From Arenicellales bacterium (GTDB lineage Bacteria; Pseudomonadota; Gammaproteobacteria; Arenicellales; JAJDZL01): 64,000 bases of DNA. Positions 39,215 through 46,928 of this stretch are shown here, one piece after another. The DNA is taken from NCBI GenBank assembly GCA_965205205.1, contig CBDBFX010000002.1, positions 1,373,506 through 1,437,505 on the forward strand, read 5' to 3'. A program made the translations under genes and the position numbers. Below the pieces are notes generated by a model. It saw only the letters and a program-made list of their open reading frames with translations, was not told the DNA's origin and did no database searches. Position 1 is the first letter of the stretch. Each line of letters begins with the position of its first letter.

Positions 39215-39435
39215 ATGGAAGCCATGTGGAATGAGGAAAAGGAAAGGGGTCTGACGGAGTTTTCAGAACGGTCCGACAGGGAAGAGGCACTCTATTTCGT
39301 GGGTCGGCCAGACCTCATCGCTGGGATTGAGAAAACGGTCGGTCAGATGTGGCGGCTGGTGGCCGGAAAGGAGGTGTCGGACCTTGTCAGTTCCGGTCTG
39401 AATCTGTCAGACCGGCCCCCTGGCTGGTGCGGGAT
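39215..39435 (+). pseudogene. ATPase 5' stub
   Basis: MEAMWNEEKERGLTEFSERSDREEALYFVGRPDLIAGIEKTVGQMWRLVAGKEVSDLVSSGLNLSD. Homology extends a few codons past the palindrome (39395-39413), then is lost. Confidence 0.8.
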
Positions 39436-39537
39436 GCAAATTAAATGTTCAATTCAACATTTATTCGCCGAACACATGAATCGGACAAAATACACTACAC
39501 AAAATCGGGCCGTCATCTTCTGAAACTCGATAAATTT

Positions 39538-40161
39538 CAGACTTCCTGACATGGTCAGCGACTTCAGCGGTGATTCACGGATGGACAGGTCTGTCAAATC
39601 AGTGGTTTAACGTTCTCCAGCTGCGGCTTTCTCCCGATCGGGCCGTCCCATATGGCCAGCTGCAAAAATCTCTCGCCACAGATTCGATCATGATACCATC
39701 AGTGCCCGTCGGCCGGGGGTTGACATCACCGGATGACACCCTGGCTGTCGCCCGCTCGCCGGCGGCATCTGGAAGATCCCATCCCTCCGGTGGTCGGCCG
39801 TTGTCGGTCGTCGGTGCGGTTGAAAAAGAGTGCAGAAAAAGTGAAAAAAGTCCGCCGCATCGGCGCACTGCAGTATAATTAAGAACAGCATTATACAATC
39901 ATCACAACAGGATTCCGACAGGCTTTACAAAGACGCCATCCAGAAGCCCCTGGAACCGATTCCCGCGCAGGCGACGCACATCTGCGGACCGTTCTCCTTC
40001 GTGGTCGACTGGGGCCTGACCTACTACTACAACTACCTGTCGCCGTTCGACTGCCATCCGGGCGATGACCACCCGGCCATGCAGCTGCGCATCGGCCGCC
40101 TGTGAAGGATCTGATGAGTGCCTTCGAGGTGCCGCGGGCGACGCTTAGGTCAGGAAGTCTG
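39538..40161 (+). mobile_element. IS-E copy 2, internally deleted (624 bp)
   Basis: Both CAGACTTCCTGAC ends are present. The ORF is truncated and its ATG is mutated (GACATGCTT becomes GACAGGCTT). No TSD. Confidence 0.7.
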
Positions 40162-40271
40162 AGTCCATTGCGACTCGCCCATGGTTGTACCAACCCACCC
40201 AAATTCTGCTAAACTGCAGTCCGTGAATCCACAAACAGAAATGCTTCTCTGTATGAGAAACTAAACCCATT

Positions 40272-41780
40272 ATGGAAAAATCATCGCGCATTACCATACC
40301 GAGAGTGGCCATTGGTGGATTGTGGCACGAAACCAACACTTTCGCCCCCGGCATCACGCGTCTCGAAGATTTCGTCGCCTATCAATATGCGCGGAATAAT
40401 GAACTGCTCGAAAAGTACACCGGTACCAACACCGAGCTGGGTGGTATGATCCGAGGATCAACCAATATCGAGCTGATACCCACTCTCTTTGCGGCGGCGG
40501 TACCATCCGCAACGATTGAATATCAGTCGTTTATCGAGCTGGTTGATGATCTGATCGAACGAATGCAAAAAGCGATGCCTTTGGACGGTGTTGTTCTTTC
40601 ATTACATGGTGCCGCGGTGGCCGACAACATTGACGATGCCGATGCCTGCATTCTCGAACGCGTCCGACAGGCGGTCGGGGACGCGGTGCCGATCATCGCA
40701 ACATTCGATTATCACGCCAATCTGAGCGACAGCATGATACGAACCGCATCGGTACTGATCGGCTACAATACATTTCCGCATACTGACATGGCCGAGCGGG
40801 GCGAAGAGGCGGTTGTCGTGATGAAGCGGCTCCTCACAGAAAATATCAAATTGCATTGCATCCATCGCAAACTTCCACTTCTCACTTCACCTCTGGAACA
40901 GCAGACTGATGAATCTCCCATGCAGGAAATATTGCAAAAGCTTGAAGATCTTGAATCAGGTCCAGCGATTATCAGTGGTTCAGTTGCTATGGGATATCCG
41001 TACAGTGATGTCGCTCATCTCGGCGCGTCGGTCGTCGTTTACGGCAGTTGTTCAGAACGGGCCGAAAACGCGGCCAATATCATCGCATCAGCATTATGGA
41101 ATGCGAAAGAGAAATTTCAGACGCAACTATTGCCAGTTGACACGTGTGTTGACATTGCTGTCAACAGCTCCCAATTCCCAGTCGTAATCGTCGAACCGGC
41201 CGACAATGTAGGCGGTGGCGGTGCTGGTGACGGAACGGCTGTCCTGCAGGCGTTACTGAACGCCAGAGCAGATCGATCAGTCATTGTCATATTCGATCCG
41301 GCCGCTGTCGAAGAGGCCCAAAAGATCGGTGTCGGCAACAGGTGTACGCTTCGCATCGGTGGAAAAACCGATGACAAGCACGGCCAGCCGGTGGCAGCTG
41401 AGGTAGTGGTGAATCGAATAACACCGGGCGAATATGTTCACAAGGGTTCTTACATGACGGGTTATGTCACTTCAATGGGGCAGACTGCATTGGTTGAATC
41501 CCAAGGCGTACAGATCGTACTGACATCCAGGCGCAGTATGCCTTTTGACGCCGAACAGCTGCGTTCACTGAGAATCGAACCTGCAGAACAGAAGATTATC
41601 GTTGTAAAATCTGCGATCGGCTGGAAGGCGGCTTACGGTGATGTCGCAAAGCTGGTGCTGGTTGCCGACACACCCGGCGTCTGTGCGGCTGACCTCACCC
41701 GATTGAACTACCATAAATGTGCAGACTCCCTGTACCCAATCAGGCAATCAACAACATTTTCCGTTGGATCTGATCAATGA
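40272..41780 (+). CDS. M81-family (MlrC-like) metallopeptidase
   Basis: RVAIGGLWHETNTFAP N-terminus and a ~500-aa length are typical of the MlrC/DUF1485 family. Confidence 0.7.
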   Translation: MEKSSRITIPRVAIGGLWHETNTFAPGITRLEDFVAYQYARNNELLEKYTGTNTELGGMIRGSTNIELIPTLFAAAVPSATIEYQSFIELVDDLIERMQKAMPLDGVVLSLHGAAVADNIDDADACILERVRQAVGDAVPIIATFDYHANLSDSMIRTASVLIGYNTFPHTDMAERGEEAVVVMKRLLTENIKLHCIHRKLPLLTSPLEQQTDESPMQEILQKLEDLESGPAIISGSVAMGYPYSDVAHLGASVVVYGSCSERAENAANIIASALWNAKEKFQTQLLPVDTCVDIAVNSSQFPVVIVEPADNVGGGGAGDGTAVLQALLNARADRSVIVIFDPAAVEEAQKIGVGNRCTLRIGGKTDDKHGQPVAAEVVVNRITPGEYVHKGSYMTGYVTSMGQTALVESQGVQIVLTSRRSMPFDAEQLRSLRIEPAEQKIIVVKSAIGWKAAYGDVAKLVLVADTPGVCAADLTRLNYHKCADSLYPIRQSTTFSVGSDQ

Positions 41781-42943
41781 CCATTCCCCGAGAAGCGGTT
41801 TTTCCACAGGAAGAATTTGAGACGCGGCTGCACAACACCCGACAGGCAATGGTGGCACGCAATATGGACGTGCTGATTCTGCATTCAGCGTCCAACATTT
41901 ACTACCTTTGCGGACATCACACGCTGAATTTATGGGACTATCAATGTCTGATCGTGCCACTGGAGCAGCCGCCGATTATGGTTCTCTGGCAGTTTGAGCG
42001 TGGACGGTTCGAAGCATCGGCATACATCGCCGAACTGGATCTTTATGAAACCCATGCCAATCCAGTTCAGGCGACCAAAACATCGCTTTCGAGACGAGGA
42101 CTGCTGAAAGGTACGATTGGCGTTGAAGAAAAGAGCCGGTATCTGGTCCCAATATTGCGCGCTGAACTGGTGGACGCCCTGGAAGGAGCGAGTGTGGTGA
42201 ATGGTTCAGGATTGGTCGACAACGTCAGAAACATAAAATCTGCATCAGAATTGAAAATTATCGATGAGGCCGCGCAACTGACCGATCGGGCAATTCGCGC
42301 GGGATATCAATCCATCGGCCGGGGAAACACCGATTCCGCGGTCGCCGCGCGCGTTGCCTCGGTGCTGATTGAGCATGGCAGTCTTGGGTTTTCGGTCTAT
42401 CCGATCATTTCAGCTGGATATCGGGCCGGGATTCCACACAATAGCAACAGCGGGTATGTCATTCAGAATGAAGATGCCGTATTCATCGAGTGTTCACCGA
42501 GTCATCATTGGTACCACGCACCGCTCATGCGTACCGCGATCGTCGGTACAGCCAGCCCAAAGATCAGGCAGTTCGCCGAACTTGAAAAAGAAGCCGTCGA
42601 TGCGATGCTGGATATCGCAAAGCCTGGCACGCTCGCTTCGGATGTTGCCAAAGTCGCTGAATCCCTAATCGCAACCATTCGAAGCGAGGTTCTGTTTCAT
42701 GAAGTTTACGGTTATCCCGTCGGTATTGGATTTCCGCCCACCTGGGGTGAAGAGTCAGGGTTTGCCATCATTACAAACAACCACCGCCCACTGCAGGCTG
42801 GCATGGTATTTCACATTCCCATGACGCTCCGAGTCAATGGAGAATTTGGTGTCGGACTCAGTGAAACATTCATCGTAACCGAGCGAGGTGCGCCTAGGAC
42901 ATTGAGTACCATTCCAAGAGAGCTGCATCAAATTGTCGAATGA
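41777..42943 (+). CDS. M24-family metallopeptidase (creatinase/prolidase/ectoine-hydrolase-like)
   Basis: 388 aa with a creatinase-type N-domain plus a pita-bread C-domain pattern. Start overlaps the upstream stop (ATGA). Confidence 0.65.
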   Translation: MTIPREAVFPQEEFETRLHNTRQAMVARNMDVLILHSASNIYYLCGHHTLNLWDYQCLIVPLEQPPIMVLWQFERGRFEASAYIAELDLYETHANPVQATKTSLSRRGLLKGTIGVEEKSRYLVPILRAELVDALEGASVVNGSGLVDNVRNIKSASELKIIDEAAQLTDRAIRAGYQSIGRGNTDSAVAARVASVLIEHGSLGFSVYPIISAGYRAGIPHNSNSGYVIQNEDAVFIECSPSHHWYHAPLMRTAIVGTASPKIRQFAELEKEAVDAMLDIAKPGTLASDVAKVAESLIATIRSEVLFHEVYGYPVGIGFPPTWGEESGFAIITNNHRPLQAGMVFHIPMTLRVNGEFGVGLSETFIVTERGAPRTLSTIPRELHQIVE

Positions 42944-44265
42944 ACCTGAATTACGATCAATCGAAAAAACTGTATTCAGCCGCAGGCAACTGCCTGGCCG
43001 GTGGAGTCAGCAGCAATTTTCGTTACTTGGGGTACGGCGAAAGTCCGTGTCCGCTTTTTTATTCGGGTGGAAACGGTTCTAGAATTAACGATGTGGACGG
43101 CAACGTCTATATCGATTACGCACTGGCCAATGGACCGATCATCTTGGGGCACGCGCCCGAAGTGGTGCTTGATGAGGTGAAAGCCACCCTTTCCATGGGA
43201 CAGCTTTTTGCCGGTCAGACCGAGTACGAGCTGGAGTTGGCGCAAAAACTCGTTGAGATCATTCCATGTGCTGAACTGGTACGTTTCGCCTCGAGTGGAA
43301 CCGAAGCCATTCAGGCCGCGGTCAGATTGGCGAGGGCGGCAACTGAGCGAATGAAAATCATCAAATTTGAAGGCCATTATCACGGCTGGACAGACAATGT
43401 GTTCATCAGCGTCAATCCACCCCTAAAGGACGCCGGTCCGGAGTTTCAGCCCATCAGTGTCGCTCAGACCCCCGGCCAATCCATTGGCGCGCTGGATGAC
43501 ATCATTACCCTGCCCTGGAATGATCTTGATCGACTTGCCCAGGTACTGCGAGAGCGTTCGTCAGAAATTGCCGGTGTCGTCATGGAGCCAATCAACTGCA
43601 ATACTGGAGCAATCCTGCCGCTGCCCGGCTATCTGGAAGGTGTACGAGAGCTGACCGAACGGTACAATGTCGTTCTTATTTTCGATGAAGTCATTACTGG
43701 GTTTCGTGTCGCACTGAACGGAGCACAGGGTTTACTTGGCGTTTCACCCGATCTCGCGATATTCGCCAAAGCGCTGGCGGCGGGATTCCCACTTGCCGCG
43801 CTCACCGGAAAAAAGGAGATCATGGAGCTCTTACATACGCGCTCAGTCATGCACGGCGGAACATACAATGCCAATGTCATGTCAGTTGTTGCAGGACTCA
43901 AGACCATTGAATCCCTGCAGGCTGACGGCGGCGCGGTCTACCGACAGATGGAAGCAGTGGGTGGCCAATTGATGAATGGGTTACAGTCTCTCGCCGGGAA
44001 ATATGGAGAACCAATGACGGTTCAGGGTTTGGGATCGGTGTTCCACCCGATTTTTGGTGACCTCGGCCGACCCGTCACACGCTACAGAGACTATCTGAAT
44101 ACGGATGGTGAGCGAAAAAACAGGTTTTATGCGAAACTGCACGGTGCCGGTTCTAGAGTTACCGCTCGCGGCACCTGGTTTCTGTCTACGGCACATAGTA
44201 CCGATGACATTGAAGAAACACTGGAACATGCGGAATGGGCACTGAACAGGCTGACCGATGAATGA
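42940..44265 (+). CDS. class-III aminotransferase (glutamate-1-semialdehyde aminomutase-like)
   Basis: GGVSSNFR, DYALANGPIILGH, SGTEA, VLIFDEVITGFR, FAKALAAGFP (PLP-lysine region). Overlapping start/stop. Confidence 0.75.
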   Translation: MNLNYDQSKKLYSAAGNCLAGGVSSNFRYLGYGESPCPLFYSGGNGSRINDVDGNVYIDYALANGPIILGHAPEVVLDEVKATLSMGQLFAGQTEYELELAQKLVEIIPCAELVRFASSGTEAIQAAVRLARAATERMKIIKFEGHYHGWTDNVFISVNPPLKDAGPEFQPISVAQTPGQSIGALDDIITLPWNDLDRLAQVLRERSSEIAGVVMEPINCNTGAILPLPGYLEGVRELTERYNVVLIFDEVITGFRVALNGAQGLLGVSPDLAIFAKALAAGFPLAALTGKKEIMELLHTRSVMHGGTYNANVMSVVAGLKTIESLQADGGAVYRQMEAVGGQLMNGLQSLAGKYGEPMTVQGLGSVFHPIFGDLGRPVTRYRDYLNTDGERKNRFYAKLHGAGSRVTARGTWFLSTAHSTDDIEETLEHAEWALNRLTDE

Positions 44266-44995
44266 CGATCAGCCAGTGCGTATCGGATTCGTTTGGCCGG
44301 GTGGCGGCGCGGAACATGATTTTTATCAGTTCTTTGAGGAATCGGGCGACCGGGTAAAACTCTTCATTACCTGCACGCGGGTCGGCGGCGACGGAGACAA
44401 CGATCACGATATTGATGCCCTAGAGCAGACCTCCCGCCTTGACTGGCTGGTTGAAGCGGCACTCAGACTTGTGCCACTGAATGTGGATTGTGTCTACTGG
44501 CCCTGCACCAGTGGCAGCTTCGTCCGCGGACGGGCGCATGCAGAAGAGCAGCTACGTACCCTTACTGAGACAGTCGGTGTTCCGTCTGGCAGCACCTCCA
44601 TTGCGTTTATCGAGGCCCTTTGTCATAAAGGAGTTCAGCGCGTCAGCGTTCTGTCAACTTATCCGGAACCTGCGTCAAGAGCCTTTGAGTCCTTTCTCAG
44701 AGAATTCGATATTGAAGTGCTGAGTATGAAGTGGCTGAACGCACCATCGGGTTGGGATGCCGCCCTGCTTCAACCCGAGTTCATCATCGGACAGATTCCG
44801 CAGGCGGTACACCCGGAGGCGGAAGTGTTACTGATTCCGGATACGGCCATGCCGTCCATTTTCTCCATCAATGCTTTTGAAGCGTGTGCCGGAATACCCG
44901 TTTTCACCGCGAACGGGGTTACCGTATGGAATGCCATGAAACTGGCGGGGCGGAAATTGTCCGATTCAAGATTCGGATCTCTGATTGCAGGCTGA
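44258..44995 (+). CDS. Asp/Glu racemase-superfamily protein (maleate isomerase / EutA / arylmalonate decarboxylase-like)
   Basis: 245 aa. VYWPCTSGSF resembles the first catalytic-Cys motif of this fold. The expected second Cys motif is replaced by LLIPDTAMPS. Overlaps the upstream gene by 8 nt. Confidence 0.5.
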   Translation: MNDDQPVRIGFVWPGGGAEHDFYQFFEESGDRVKLFITCTRVGGDGDNDHDIDALEQTSRLDWLVEAALRLVPLNVDCVYWPCTSGSFVRGRAHAEEQLRTLTETVGVPSGSTSIAFIEALCHKGVQRVSVLSTYPEPASRAFESFLREFDIEVLSMKWLNAPSGWDAALLQPEFIIGQIPQAVHPEAEVLLIPDTAMPSIFSINAFEACAGIPVFTANGVTVWNAMKLAGRKLSDSRFGSLIAG

Positions 44996-45389
44996 TGAAC
45001 CCTGTTTTCGACGAGTATGAGTTGAACGGCTTTTGGTGAGCGCGAGCGTGGGTGACAGGCGATTTGAGATAAGAAAGTCGTGATGTTAAGGTCACCTGAG
45101 CCGATCTCCTATGGTGTGACGGGCAATTGTGTTCGTCGGGTGAATTTCCTGCATTTGGCAGCGAGCACCCCGAAACATTCCACTTGAAAACCGACTCTGT
45201 GTAATAAAATTTTCCATACCAATGCAAATCGGCATTTTTTAGCTTGGCTAAGGAAACAATTCAACCTGAATGATCAGTTCACCGTCATCTGCATGCCACG
45301 AAATTCATCATTCACATGCATGCCACGAACCGATGAGTGGCCGGCTCGCTTTCCACTGCGAGCCGAGCTGAATCCGTACGCCGGACCCG

Positions 45390-46532
45390 ATGCTTCGTAG
45401 TCCTCTTCACGACCTGCACATTGAGCTCGGTGCAAAAATGGGGCCATTCGCAGGTTATGAAATGCCACTTTGGTACCCTGAAAAAATCGTTGCCGAACAT
45501 AAGCACACCCGCGCCCAAGCCAGTCTGTTCGATATCTCACATATGGGACAGGCTAGCATTGTCGGTGAAAACTCGGCCACTGAACTGGAACGTCTCATTC
45601 CAACCGATCTCGAAGCGCTGCCGCGTCACAAAATGCACTACTGCTGCTTTACAGGCGATAACGGCGGCATCCTTGACGACTTGGTCATCGCCTGTCTTGG
45701 GCAGGACTATTTTGTTGTGATGAACGCAGCCCGAAAAGAGCACGATCTCAATCATCTGCGTACAAACATCACCCAATCCGCCGTTTTGGAACACACTGAA
45801 AACGCACTGATCGCAGTTCAGGGACCAAAAGCCACAGATGTTCTGCGGCGTCTGACACCGGCGATCTGTGGTCTGGAGTTCATGTCGATGGGAGACTTCT
45901 CAATCCGCGGCGTACCGTGCATCGTCAGCCGCTCGGGTTACACCGGTGAGGATGGTTTTGAAATTTCAATGGCGGCTGAAACGGCGATGAAACTCGCTAG
46001 AGACCTGCTCGCTGAACCCGAAGTCATGCCCGCTGGATTGGGAGCCAGAGACTCTCTCAGACTGGAGGCCGGCTTACGACTCTATGGTCAGGACATGGAC
46101 ACCACAACAACACCGGTTGAGGCCGGCATTCATTGGACCATTTCCAAATCCAGACGTGCAGGCGGTGTGCGCGCGGGTGGATTTCCAGGTGCTGACGTTA
46201 TCTTCAAGCAGTTGGCGAATGGCGCCGAGCGCCGTTTTGTCGGCATCCTTCCCGAAGGGCGGTCTCCGGCCCGCACCGACACCCCCATCTGTCTTGATGA
46301 TGGTGAAGTCATTGGCCGGGTTACCAGCGGCCTGTTCGCACCATCGGTTGAGGCGCCCATCGCGATGGGATACATCCAACGAGAACATGCCATTCAGGGC
46401 GGTAGCGTCAATTTACTGGTACGCGGCAGACAGATACCCGCGAAGATCATACGGCTGCCTTTCGTCAGGCATCGTTACCTTAACACTGTAAAAATTCAAT
46501 CAGCTTCCAATGGAGGAACATCCAATGTCTAA
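45390..46532 (+). CDS. gcvT: glycine cleavage system aminomethyltransferase (T protein)
   Basis: SPLHDLHIELGAKMGPFAGYEMPLWY, FDISHMGQ, SRSGYTGEDGFEIS. Confidence 0.9.
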   Translation: MLRSPLHDLHIELGAKMGPFAGYEMPLWYPEKIVAEHKHTRAQASLFDISHMGQASIVGENSATELERLIPTDLEALPRHKMHYCCFTGDNGGILDDLVIACLGQDYFVVMNAARKEHDLNHLRTNITQSAVLEHTENALIAVQGPKATDVLRRLTPAICGLEFMSMGDFSIRGVPCIVSRSGYTGEDGFEISMAAETAMKLARDLLAEPEVMPAGLGARDSLRLEAGLRLYGQDMDTTTTPVEAGIHWTISKSRRAGGVRAGGFPGADVIFKQLANGAERRFVGILPEGRSPARTDTPICLDDGEVIGRVTSGLFAPSVEAPIAMGYIQREHAIQGGSVNLLVRGRQIPAKIIRLPFVRHRYLNTVKIQSASNGGTSNV

Positions 46533-46905
46533 CACCCGTTATAGCGCCGAACACGAATGGGCTCGTTCCGATGACGGGCGGACCGCAACGATCGGAATCA
46601 CAGATTATGCTCAAGAGCAGCTGGGCGATATCGTTTTTGTTGAATTGCCCAATGTGGGAGACGCGTTCGCCGCCGGGGACGAAATCGCGGTGATTGAATC
46701 TGTGAAAGCCGCGGACGGGCTCAAGACCCCCGTATCCGGCACCGTTATTGAAATAAACCAGGACCTTGTGGACACCCCTGAAACAGTCAACGAAAGCCCG
46801 ATTGATAATGGCTGGTTCTGTAAACTTGAACTGACTGACGCGGCCGAGCTGGAGGGATTGATGGATCACGAACAGTACAGAGAATACACTTCCAATCTTG
46901 AATAA
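46525..46905 (+). CDS. gcvH: glycine cleavage system H protein
   Basis: YSAEHEWAR..GITDYAQEQLGDIVFVELP..ESVKA (lipoyl-lysine motif). ATG 46525 (MSNTRY) is preferred over the track's 46510; it overlaps the gcvT stop. Confidence 0.9.
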   Translation: MSNTRYSAEHEWARSDDGRTATIGITDYAQEQLGDIVFVELPNVGDAFAAGDEIAVIESVKAADGLKTPVSGTVIEINQDLVDTPETVNESPIDNGWFCKLELTDAAELEGLMDHEQYREYTSNLE

Positions 46906-46928
46906 TACGTTTCCCGATATTCGAAATC

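Noticed and set aside
44996-45389. A glycine riboswitch, expected upstream of gcvT.
   Set aside because: I could not find the conserved aptamer strings on either strand. This needs a covariance-model search to be definitive.
46510-46524. Upstream ATG (46510) as the gcvH start.
   Set aside because: The MSNTRY.. start at 46525 matches the usual GcvH N-terminus, and the five extra codons lie wholly inside gcvT.
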